A stretch of DNA of 64,000 bases from a virus, in IMG/VR virus record IMGVR_UViG_3300025646_000024, positions 16,264-80,263 of that record; one strand, given 5' to 3'. Positions 47,707-56,390 of this stretch are shown here, one piece after another. The position numbers and the translations under genes were made by a program. Under the pieces are notes generated by a model. The model ran no database searches. It was not told the origin of the DNA and saw only the letters and a program-made list of their open reading frames with translations. The first letter of the stretch is position 1; each line of letters starts with the position of its first letter.

Positions 47707-48356
47707 AACTAATCACAGAAACTATCGAAAATATTAGGGTTATCACCGAAGAAAAAGGTGGTAAAAAAAACCTATATATTGAAGGAGTATTTCTTCAGGC
47801 GGAATTAAAAAACCGCAATGGTCGCATGTACCCAATGGAAACTCTTAATAGGGAAGTTGGTGCATATAATGAGAATTATGTTGCGAAAGGTCGTGCTCTA
47901 GGTGAACTGGGTCATCCAGATAGCCCAACAATCAATCTAGATAGAGTATCTCATAAAATTGTTTCTCTCTGTGCAGAAGGAACAAATTTTATTGGAAAGG
48001 CTCAAATTCTAGAGACTCCAATGGGTAAAATTGCCAAGTCTCTTCTTGAGTCTGGTGTTACACTCGGAGTTTCCTCACGAGGCATTGGTTCTATTGAGGA
48101 AAGAAATGGAGTAAACGTAGTAAAAGATGACTTCATGTTATCTACTGCTGCAGACATTGTTGCGGATCCTTCTGCTCCAGATGCTTTTGTGCAAGGTATC
48201 ATGGAAGGTAAAGAATGGATTTGGAACAATGGAATGTTAGAGGAAAAAGTAATTAATAGTTACAGACGAGCAATTAATAATGCATCTTCTAACAATTTAA
48301 CTGAAAGAAAACTACAAGTTTTTGAAAGTTTTCTCCGTAATATCAAAATTTCATAA
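47703..48356 (+). CDS. g21: Prohead protease gp21
   Basis: NRNGRMYP; ALGELGHP; GVSSRG; DIVADPSAPDAFV. Confidence 0.96.
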   Translation: MKLITETIENIRVITEEKGGKKNLYIEGVFLQAELKNRNGRMYPMETLNREVGAYNENYVAKGRALGELGHPDSPTINLDRVSHKIVSLCAEGTNFIGKAQILETPMGKIAKSLLESGVTLGVSSRGIGSIEERNGVNVVKDDFMLSTAADIVADPSAPDAFVQGIMEGKEWIWNNGMLEEKVINSYRRAINNASSNNLTERKLQVFESFLRNIKIS

Positions 48357-48397
48357 ATAATAGTAGAAAATATCACATATTCTAGAGGGTTTTTTCG

Positions 48398-49537
48398 ATG
48401 TCCAATGTATTAGATACAGAATTTGACGAATTTCTAGAAGAAGGAAACGTTGTCACTGCTCACGCAAAACCAGGAGACCGCATGGAAAAATTACAACACA
48501 GCACTCCTGGCCAGGGTGCATCACCAGAAGAACTAGGTGGCTCATCTACCACCAAGCCAGAAGGTGATGAGATTGGCAAAAAGGCTTCTTCCAGAATGAG
48601 AAAGTCATCTTCTAAAGTAAATGCTGGTGCAAAGTCACCAGATGGAATGGCTCGCCTTCAAGGCTCAGCTCCTGGTCAAAAGGGAATGAGAGAAGAGGAA
48701 GAGTTAGAAGATGATGAGCTAATTTATGAAGCTCAAGAAGATGATGAAGAAGATGAAGATGAAGATGAAAAGGAAGATGAGAAAAAATCTTCTAAAAAAC
48801 AAAAAACAGAAATGAAAGCAGAAGAGATTGAAGTCGATATCACCGATGATCTCAATGCACTCTTCCACGGAGAAGAACTCTCCGAACACTTTATGCAAAA
48901 AGCTGCAACTATTTTTGAAGCAGCAGTAAAGGCTAAAGTAGTTGAAGAAGTTCAAAAGTTTGAGGCACTATACGAACAGCGTCTAATCGAGGAAATCGAA
49001 GAAATCGCTGAGTCTCTAGAGACTCGTGTAGACGCTCACCTTGATTATGTTGCTGAGCAGTGGATTGCTGAGAACCAGCTTTCCGTTGACAATGGCATCA
49101 AGACCGAAATTGCTGAAAATCTAATGCAAGGTCTTGCAGACCTCTTTATGGAGAACAATATTGATCTTCCAGAAGAGCAACAAGATGTAGTTGCCGAAAT
49201 GGCAGCTAAACTAGATGAGATGGAGGAAAAACTCAACGAACAGATTGAAGTCAATGTTGAGCTAAACCAAGAAATCGGATCCTATATTAAACATGGAATT
49301 ATTGCAGAAGTATCCGAAGGTCTAGCAGAAACACAGAAAGAAAAACTGTTCAACCTTTCAGAAGGTGTTGAGTTTATGAGTGAAGAATCTTTCCGTGGCA
49401 AGATTGAAACTATTAAGGAAAATTATTTCCCTAAGACTCAATCTAATTATGTGGAAGACCTCGTTGAAAAGAATCAAGACTTCTATGAGGGACCAATGGC
49501 AGCATATGTAAATGCTGTATCCAGATGGGCTCAGTGA
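48398..49537 (+). CDS. g22: Prohead scaffold protein gp22
   Basis: KAATIFEAAV; YVAEQW..EN; KENYF; M.AYV.A. Confidence 0.93.
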   Translation: MSNVLDTEFDEFLEEGNVVTAHAKPGDRMEKLQHSTPGQGASPEELGGSSTTKPEGDEIGKKASSRMRKSSSKVNAGAKSPDGMARLQGSAPGQKGMREEEELEDDELIYEAQEDDEEDEDEDEKEDEKKSSKKQKTEMKAEEIEVDITDDLNALFHGEELSEHFMQKAATIFEAAVKAKVVEEVQKFEALYEQRLIEEIEEIAESLETRVDAHLDYVAEQWIAENQLSVDNGIKTEIAENLMQGLADLFMENNIDLPEEQQDVVAEMAAKLDEMEEKLNEQIEVNVELNQEIGSYIKHGIIAEVSEGLAETQKEKLFNLSEGVEFMSEESFRGKIETIKENYFPKTQSNYVEDLVEKNQDFYEGPMAAYVNAVSRWAQ

Positions 49538-49550
49538 TAGTCTAGATTTT

Positions 49551-49558
49551 TATAAATA
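49551..49558 (+). promoter_or_regulatory. T4-type late promoter for g23
   Basis: TATAAATA. Confidence 0.85.
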
Positions 49559-49607
49559 TTAATAGATTCCTAACAAATAAATTTAACAACCAAGGAGTTT
49601 ACCCCCA

Positions 49608-50999
49608 ATGTTTAATTCAGAACAGCTACAAAGAAAATGGGCTCCTATTCTGGAGCATAATGATCTAAGTCCAATTACAGACAGATATCGTAAAGCAGTA
49701 ACCGCAGTTCTACTTGAGAACCAAGAGCAATTCCTCCGTGAAGAGCGTGGTGTTCTTTCAGAAGTTGCTGTAAACAGCACTGGTTCATTCACTGCAGGTG
49801 GTGCTGGTGTAGGCGCACATGGCTTCTCAGGTAGTGCAGCTGCTGCTGGTCCAGTTGCTGGTTTTGATCCAGTTCTAATCAGCCTAATCCGCCGTTCAAT
49901 GCCTAAGCTAATTGCTTATGACATTTGCGGTGTTCAGCCAATGAGCGGTCCTACTGGACTAATCTTCGCAATGCGTGCTCATCGTGGTACTGACCGTAAT
50001 GGTAATGGTGCTACTCCAAACGTATTTGACAACGAGACTTTCTTCAACGAAGTTCCAACTGGCTTCTCTGCTGCTGGTGGTGCATACTCTGCTGCAACTG
50101 GCGAGACTGCAACCAACCCAGGTGTACTAAACGCTGCTTCTCCTGGTGATTATGCTGCTGTAGGTGCCATGAACACCAACCTCGCAGAAGCTCTAGGTGA
50201 AAGCGGAAGTGAGTTCCGTGAAATGAGCTTCTCAATCGAGAAGACCACTGTAACAGCAAAGAGCCGTGCTCTAAAAGCTGAGTACACCCTAGAACTCGCA
50301 CAAGACCTCAAGGCTATCCATGGTCTTGATGCTGAGACTGAGCTTGCAAACATCCTAAGCTCAGAGATTCTAACTGAAATCAACCGTGAAGTTGTACGTA
50401 CCATCTACGTAACCGCTAAGCCTGGTGCTCAGAACAACGTAGCTAACGCTGGTACTTTCGACCTCGACGTTGACTCAAATGGCCGTTGGTCAGTTGAGAA
50501 GTTCAAGGGTCTACTCTTCCAGATTGAGCGTGATGCAAACGCAATCGGTCATGAGACTCGTAGAGGGAAGGGCAACTTCATCGTTTGTTCCGCAGACGTA
50601 GCAAGTGCTCTAGCTGCTGCTAAGGTAATGGATTACACCCCACTACTCAACACCAGCGACACCCCAGACGACACCGTATCAACTCTAGCTGGTACAATCA
50701 ATGGTCGTATCAAGGTATATGTTGACCCATATTCCGCAAACATCTCTAACGATCACTACTATGTGATGGGTTATAAGGGAAGCAATGCATACGATGCAGG
50801 TCTTTTCTATTGCCCATATGTACCTCTCCAGATGGTACGTTCAATCGGCCAAGACACCTTCCAGCCAAAGATTGGCTTCAAGACCCGTTATGGCATGGTT
50901 GCAAACCCATTCGCAGGTGGTCTAACCCAGCGTTCTGGTGCTCTCCAGGCAAACGACAACGTTTACTACAGAAGAACCCGTGTGATCAATTTGATGTAA
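49608..50999 (+). CDS. g23: Major capsid protein gp23
   Basis: GVQPM.GPTGLIFAMR; KSRALKAEYT.ELAQDLKAIHGLDAE; FQPKIGFKTRYG. Confidence 0.99.
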   Translation: MFNSEQLQRKWAPILEHNDLSPITDRYRKAVTAVLLENQEQFLREERGVLSEVAVNSTGSFTAGGAGVGAHGFSGSAAAAGPVAGFDPVLISLIRRSMPKLIAYDICGVQPMSGPTGLIFAMRAHRGTDRNGNGATPNVFDNETFFNEVPTGFSAAGGAYSAATGETATNPGVLNAASPGDYAAVGAMNTNLAEALGESGSEFREMSFSIEKTTVTAKSRALKAEYTLELAQDLKAIHGLDAETELANILSSEILTEINREVVRTIYVTAKPGAQNNVANAGTFDLDVDSNGRWSVEKFKGLLFQIERDANAIGHETRRGKGNFIVCSADVASALAAAKVMDYTPLLNTSDTPDDTVSTLAGTINGRIKVYVDPYSANISNDHYYVMGYKGSNAYDAGLFYCPYVPLQMVRSIGQDTFQPKIGFKTRYGMVANPFAGGLTQRSGALQANDNVYYRRTRVINLM

Positions 51000-51020
51000 T
51001 AACTAATTCACATAATTCAG

Positions 51021-51044
51021 GAGCCCCGAAAGGGGCTTTTTTTT
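51021..51044 (+). terminator. Intrinsic terminator after g23
   Basis: AGCCCC-GAAA-GGGGCT-TTTTTTT. Confidence 0.9.
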
Positions 51045-51067
51045 ATCTAAATAAATATAAAACTCCC

Positions 51068-51604
51068 ATGGCTGCTAATTTTATAACTAATTCAGCGTGT
51101 CCAACTAATTTTTTAACAGGAGTTGGATTTCAATTTCAGCTAATTAAATATCCAAAAGTATCCTTCTTTTGCCAATCTGCAACTGTGCCTGGCATATCAC
51201 TTTCAGTAGCAAATCAAGCAACAAGATATAATTACGTACCACATCCTGGAGATGAAATTAATTTTGATGACTTAAATATTCAATTTATAGTTGATGAGAA
51301 CATGACCAACTACATCACTATGCACAATTGGGTTAGAAAATTAGGACATCCGTATTCATCAAGAGATATTCAACAACTTCCTGGGGAAGATCTAGAAGAT
51401 AAAACTTATAGTGATGGGGTACTATTTGTTTTAGATTCTAATTTCAATAAAAAATTTAAAATCGTGTTTAGTGATTTATTCCCAACCAGTATTGGCGGAT
51501 TAACTTTTCAATCCACTGCCACTGATGTGCAATATTTTACCGTAGATGCTACCTTTAAGTATACTATATACGATATATACGACATTAATGACAACAAATT
51601 ATGA
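51068..51604 (+). CDS. g3: Tail completion/tube terminator gp3 (start revised to ATG 51068)
   Basis: NFL..GF.F....PKV.FFCQSA..PGI; F.VDE.M.NY; LFP.S. Confidence 0.88.
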   Translation: MAANFITNSACPTNFLTGVGFQFQLIKYPKVSFFCQSATVPGISLSVANQATRYNYVPHPGDEINFDDLNIQFIVDENMTNYITMHNWVRKLGHPYSSRDIQQLPGEDLEDKTYSDGVLFVLDSNFNKKFKIVFSDLFPTSIGGLTFQSTATDVQYFTVDATFKYTIYDIYDINDNKL

Positions 51605-52032
51605 TTGACATTGACTTTATTAAAGATCATTGGGCACAAGATTCCAAAATGGATGAAGACCTACTTGATCATGAATCTATCAAAATTCCACAACTTCATA
51701 GCAAGTATTTAAATTGGCTTTCTGATGTAAGGCTGTTTAAAATTAAAAAAGAGCAAGAGTATAAACGATTACTCAGAGAAAAGTTTGAGTACTACACTGG
51801 AAAATCAGACGCTCAAGTATACAGAGAAAAGCCGTTTGATTTAAAGATACTCAAACAAGATGTTCAATTGTATATTGATTCGGATGAAGAAATTCAGTCT
51901 GCTTTAAATAAACTAAATTATTATAAGGAGATGATATTTTTACTAGAAAGTATTCTTAGTAATATTAGTACTAGAGGCTTTCAAATTAAAAACAGCATTG
52001 ACTGGCAGAAATTTATGCAAGGAAGTATTTAA
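51601..52032 (+). CDS. uvsY: Recombination mediator UvsY
   Basis: W..DS.+D...L..ES.KIP.LH.KY; YYTGK; R.FQIKN.I.W. Confidence 0.92.
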   Translation: MIDIDFIKDHWAQDSKMDEDLLDHESIKIPQLHSKYLNWLSDVRLFKIKKEQEYKRLLREKFEYYTGKSDAQVYREKPFDLKILKQDVQLYIDSDEEIQSALNKLNYYKEMIFLLESILSNISTRGFQIKNSIDWQKFMQGSI

Positions 52033-53504
52033 TGGCTGACGTTATTATCCAGAAGAAAAATGAAGTATATTTAACAGTAGAGTGCGAACCACATATTAAA
52101 TATGAGTTGGCTGAATACTTTACATTTGATGTGCCTAATGCAAAATTCATGCCACAATTTAAAAATAGAATGTGGGATGGAAAAATTAGATTGTTTAGTC
52201 CTCATGAAGGAAAAATCTATGTTGGATTATATGACTATCTAACAGAATGGTTATGCATTAAAAAGTACACATACCTAGATCAAGACAATAAATTCTATGG
52301 TTTACCAAAAGATTCTAACCAAAACATCACTCCAGAGGGTTTAGTAGATTATATTAAATCTCTAAACATTCCATTTAAAGTTAGAGATTATCAATATAAG
52401 GCAATTTACGAAGCAATTAAAAATAATAGAAAACTATTACTATCTCCAACTGCTTCGGGTAAGTCATTAATGATCTATGCAATTGTCAGATATTATCTTG
52501 ACAGAAATTTAAATGTACTTATTATTACTCCAACCACGTCTCTGGTAGAACAACTATCCAAAGATTTTCAAGATTATGGTTGGGGAGAGGAAGCACACAA
52601 AATTTATGCTGGCAAGTCTAAGCAGAGTATTAATCCAGTAACTATTACTACTTGGCAATCAATTTACAAATTACCAAAGAGTTTCTTTGAAAAATATGAT
52701 GTAGTGATTGGAGATGAGGCTCATCAGTTCAAAGCCAAGTCCCTGATTACGATTATGGAAAAACTGCATAATTGTAAGCATAGAATTGGGTTCACAGGTA
52801 CTCTGGATGGGTCCAACACAAATCAACTCGTATTAGAGGGGTTATTCGGTCCTGTTAACAAGGTTATTAAGACCAAAAAACTGATAGACAAGGGCTACCT
52901 CTCAAACCTCAAAATTAATATCCTCTTGCTTCAACATGGAGAATCTATGTTTGAGTCATATCAAGAAGAAATTGATTATATCTGCAAAGATGAAAAAAGA
53001 AACAACTACATTAAAAAGTTAGCTATCAATCAAGATGGTAATACTTTGATATTATTTGCTATGGTAGAAAAACATGGCAAGATACTTCACGAAATAATAA
53101 ATAGTGATGTAGGCCATGAACGAAAAGTGTTTTTCGTATATGGTGGAGTTGATACTGAAGAAAGAGAATTAATTAGAAAATTAACAGAAGAAGAGTCAAA
53201 TGCTATTATCATTGCTTCTTATGGCACTTTTTCTACTGGTATCAATATTCGTAATCTACACAACGTTATTTTTGCAAGTCCAAGCAAATCAAGAATAAGA
53301 AATCTTCAATCAATCGGTAGAGTATTGAGAAAAGGAGACAATAAATCAAAAGCAAAATTATTTGATATTGCAGATGATTTCTCTAAAGGAGATAAAAGAA
53401 ATTATACTTTAAATCACTTAGTAGAACGAATTAAAACTTACTCAGAAGAAAACTTTGAGTACGAGATAATTCCAGTAAATTTTAAAAGGAAAGAACATGA
53501 CTGA
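52032..53504 (+). CDS. uvsW: DNA helicase UvsW
   Basis: SPTASGKS; DEAH; QSIGRVLR. Confidence 0.96.
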   Translation: MADVIIQKKNEVYLTVECEPHIKYELAEYFTFDVPNAKFMPQFKNRMWDGKIRLFSPHEGKIYVGLYDYLTEWLCIKKYTYLDQDNKFYGLPKDSNQNITPEGLVDYIKSLNIPFKVRDYQYKAIYEAIKNNRKLLLSPTASGKSLMIYAIVRYYLDRNLNVLIITPTTSLVEQLSKDFQDYGWGEEAHKIYAGKSKQSINPVTITTWQSIYKLPKSFFEKYDVVIGDEAHQFKAKSLITIMEKLHNCKHRIGFTGTLDGSNTNQLVLEGLFGPVNKVIKTKKLIDKGYLSNLKINILLLQHGESMFESYQEEIDYICKDEKRNNYIKKLAINQDGNTLILFAMVEKHGKILHEIINSDVGHERKVFFVYGGVDTEERELIRKLTEEESNAIIIASYGTFSTGINIRNLHNVIFASPSKSRIRNLQSIGRVLRKGDNKSKAKLFDIADDFSKGDKRNYTLNHLVERIKTYSEENFEYEIIPVNFKRKEHD

Positions 53505-53895
53505 ATTCTATGGAATAATTAAATTAATTGATGGAACAGAATTAGTTGGCAATGTAGTTGTATGTGAAGAAGAAGATGGATTTGTTGTAGAGAATCCGTT
53601 TGAAGTATCCGTAGAACCAATATCAACTCCTGCTGGAGAGATGTATAAAGTTGATATGAGACCTTGGATAAAGTTCTCTAAAGAAGATATTTTCTTTATT
53701 GAAAAGAATAAAGTCTTTACTGTAGGTGAAGCAGATAATAAAATATTAACTCTGTATCGTAGTACTCTAAAGAAGTATTTTAATCAAGATAATAACAATA
53801 GAGTATCACTAGATAAGGAATTAGGATTCAAGAATAAGATTGAAGAAGCAAGGAAGCTTCTAGAGAAGTCTTTTAAACTCAATATAGATCTCTAA
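53497..53895 (+). CDS. Hypothetical protein between uvsW and g55
   Basis: IKL..G.E+...; PW motif; typical synteny. Confidence 0.8.
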   Translation: MTEFYGIIKLIDGTELVGNVVVCEEEDGFVVENPFEVSVEPISTPAGEMYKVDMRPWIKFSKEDIFFIEKNKVFTVGEADNKILTLYRSTLKKYFNQDNNNRVSLDKELGFKNKIEEARKLLEKSFKLNIDL

Positions 53896-53931
53896 AGAAC
53901 TTAAAATAAAGTTTTGAACCCTGACAGAGTT

Positions 53932-53960
53932 ATTATACACACATCCAGAGGTTTTGTCAA
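53932..53960 (-). promoter_or_regulatory. Perfect-consensus sigma70 promoter on the antisense strand
   Basis: Minus strand TTGACA-17 bp-TATAAT. Confidence 0.75.
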
Positions 53961-53974
53961 CCCCCCCCTCCCCC

Positions 53975-54003
53975 TTGACAAACTCTAGGTATCGTGTTAC
54001 ACT
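53975..54003 (+). promoter_or_regulatory. Sigma70-like promoter for g55
   Basis: TTGACA-17 bp-TACACT. Confidence 0.75.
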
Positions 54004-54029
54004 GAGTACAATTGAAGTAAAAACCTTGA

Positions 54030-54500
54030 ATGAAGAAAAAAGAACATTATGTAAACAATAAGGATTTTCTAGATGCCTTAATGGTTTACAGGAAAGAAGT
54101 TAAGCTAGCTAAAGAAGAAGGAAAGGAAAAACCAAAGGTTCCAAATTATATTGGGGAGTGCTTTCTGAAGATTGCCACTCACCTATCATATCGACCTAAT
54201 TTTGTCAACTACATGTTTAAAGACGATATGATTTGTGATGGTATTGAAAACTGTCTTCAGTATATTGACAACTTTGATCCAGAAAAATCAACTAACCCAT
54301 TTGCATATTTTACACAGATTATTTACTTTGCCTTTCTTCGCAGAATTCAAAAAGAAAAAAAACAGTTAGAAATTAAAACCAAGCTTCTAGAACGATCTGG
54401 ATTCGATGAAGTATTTGCTGCAGACAGTTCTATTATGGGATTCAATATGTCTGATATGAATAGCATTAAGGAAAACCTAGAGTATCGCAACAACCGATGA
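54030..54500 (+). CDS. g55: Late sigma factor gp55
   Basis: HYVNNK.FL; NPFAYFTQIIY.AFLRRIQKEK. Confidence 0.97.
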   Translation: MKKKEHYVNNKDFLDALMVYRKEVKLAKEEGKEKPKVPNYIGECFLKIATHLSYRPNFVNYMFKDDMICDGIENCLQYIDNFDPEKSTNPFAYFTQIIYFAFLRRIQKEKKQLEIKTKLLERSGFDEVFAADSSIMGFNMSDMNSIKENLEYRNNR

Positions 54501-54538
54501 GCATCTAAATGTATAAATAAAATAAACACTTTGATGCT

Positions 54539-55072
54539 ATGGCTAATCAATTTACAAAAGATTCTCTTCCAAGAAGACAGCAAGCAAAGAAAAATGGCGA
54601 TATTACATACCAAGGTTATAAGCCATGTGTTAAATGTGAAAATATCGAAAGATATACAAGTAATGGAAGTTGTGTTAAATGCGAAAGGGAAAAAGGATTG
54701 GTTAAACTTTTAGATGATGAATTAATGGCTCAATACCGAACTAAAGAAAAACACGCTAAAAATAGAGAAAGGAGAAGAGAAATTATTAGAGAAAATAGTA
54801 AACGTTATTCTCAAACAGAAAAAGGTAAAATTTGTTCTAATTTAAGTTCTTCTAATAGAAGAGCAAGAGTTCGTAATCAATTGCCAGATACAGCTGATTT
54901 TGAAAAAATTAAACAAATTTACGCAGAGTGCCGTAGAATAAGTGAAGAAACAGGAATTCCTCACGAAGTTGATCATATTGTTCCAATTTCAAAAGGTGGA
55001 TTGCATCATCAAGATAATCTTCAAATATTAACTAGATTTGAAAACCGATCTAAAGGAGGTCAATTATTATGA
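54539..55072 (+). CDS. HNH homing endonuclease with N-terminal Zn-finger
   Basis: PCVKC...SCVKC; HEVDHIVPISKGGLH..DNLQIL...NRSKG; own TATAAATA at 54512. Confidence 0.9.
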   Translation: MANQFTKDSLPRRQQAKKNGDITYQGYKPCVKCENIERYTSNGSCVKCEREKGLVKLLDDELMAQYRTKEKHAKNRERRREIIRENSKRYSQTEKGKICSNLSSSNRRARVRNQLPDTADFEKIKQIYAECRRISEETGIPHEVDHIVPISKGGLHHQDNLQILTRFENRSKGGQLL

Positions 55073-56115
55073 GTTTAGTTGCTATCATAACAGACACCCA
55101 TTATGGGGCTAGAAAAAATTCTAAAGAATTTCATGACTACTTTAATCTTTTTTATACTAATATATTTTTTCCGACTATAGAGAAACATAATATTACTACT
55201 GTATTTCATCTTGGTGATGCATTTGATAATAGAAAATCTATTGATTTTCAGAGTTTAGAGTGGGCTAAAAAAAATATTTTTGATAAACTAAAACATTGTT
55301 CCGTTCACATGTTAACTGGAAATCATGATTGCTATTTTAAAAATACTAATAGATTAAATGCACACAATCTACTATTAGATTCATATGATAATATTACAAT
55401 CTATGATGAGATTTGTGATATTGATGTTCTAGGAAACACTATTACAATGGTTCCTTGGATTAACTCTGAAAACCAATTTAAGGTGATGAACCATTTAGAA
55501 AACACAAAGTCAGAAGTTCTGATGGGGCATCTAGAGATTAATGGATTTGAAGCTCATCCAGGGCATATGTTTGAGGGTGGTCTAGATAGAGATATTTTCT
55601 CTAAATTTAAGCGAGTTTATTCTGGTCATTTTCACCACAAGTCAAGAAGTGATAACATTTACTATCTCGGCAATCCATATGAAATGACTTGGAGTGATTA
55701 TAACGAAGAACGTGGGTTCCATCTATATAATTTAGATTCCAGGAAACTTGAATTTATTCGTAATCCATTTAGAATGTTCAAGAAATTTTATTATGATGAT
55801 GCGAAGAATGATTACACTAAAGCAGATCTATCAGAATATGCCGACAGCTACCTTAAAGTCATTGTAGAAAATAAAAACGATTTGTACACCTTTGATAAGG
55901 TAATTGAAAAATTCTATAATGTTGGAGTTCATGATCTAAAAATCATTGAAGACACTCAGGTATTTTCTGATCGAGATGACCAAGAAGTTGCAGAACATGA
56001 AGATACTCTGACTACTTTGCAACGATATATAGAAGATATGAAGAATAATTATGATAAATCTCAGTTGAAATCTATCATAAAATCTATCTATTTAGAAGCT
56101 TCTGAAATTCAGTAA
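55069..56115 (+). CDS. g47: Recombination endonuclease subunit gp47 (Mre11/SbcD-like)
   Basis: TDTHYG; GDAFDNR; GNHD; SGHFH. Confidence 0.95.
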   Translation: MSLVAIITDTHYGARKNSKEFHDYFNLFYTNIFFPTIEKHNITTVFHLGDAFDNRKSIDFQSLEWAKKNIFDKLKHCSVHMLTGNHDCYFKNTNRLNAHNLLLDSYDNITIYDEICDIDVLGNTITMVPWINSENQFKVMNHLENTKSEVLMGHLEINGFEAHPGHMFEGGLDRDIFSKFKRVYSGHFHHKSRSDNIYYLGNPYEMTWSDYNEERGFHLYNLDSRKLEFIRNPFRMFKKFYYDDAKNDYTKADLSEYADSYLKVIVENKNDLYTFDKVIEKFYNVGVHDLKIIEDTQVFSDRDDQEVAEHEDTLTTLQRYIEDMKNNYDKSQLKSIIKSIYLEASEIQ

Positions 56116-56390
56116 TGTATATACTAACTCTCAAAGACAGAAAAGAAGAAGGTGCATATGCAGTAGAAACTTCTGATGGAAGTAAAGTTTTGCAAATGTT
56201 TGTTGATGAGGACGATGCACTTCGATATGTTGGTCTTCTGGAAGCAGATGGTTTCCCTGAATTACAATTAGTTGAAATTGAGGAAGAAGATGCTGTGACT
56301 GTTTGTGAGAGTTTTGGATATAATTATTGTGTTATAACACCTGATGATTTTGTAATTCCTCCTGATACCATTTCCTATGATTTTATTTAA
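56115..56390 (+). CDS. Hypothetical protein (DUF3110-like)
   Basis: EGAYAV...F..EDDA.RY...LEA. Confidence 0.75.
   Translation: MYILTLKDRKEEGAYAVETSDGSKVLQMFVDEDDALRYVGLLEADGFPELQLVEIEEEDAVTVCESFGYNYCVITPDDFVIPPDTISYDFI

Noticed and set aside
50810-51067. g23-g3 frameshift fusion suggested by ORF 50810-51604
   Set aside because: A strong terminator and late promoter lie between; no evident slippery site
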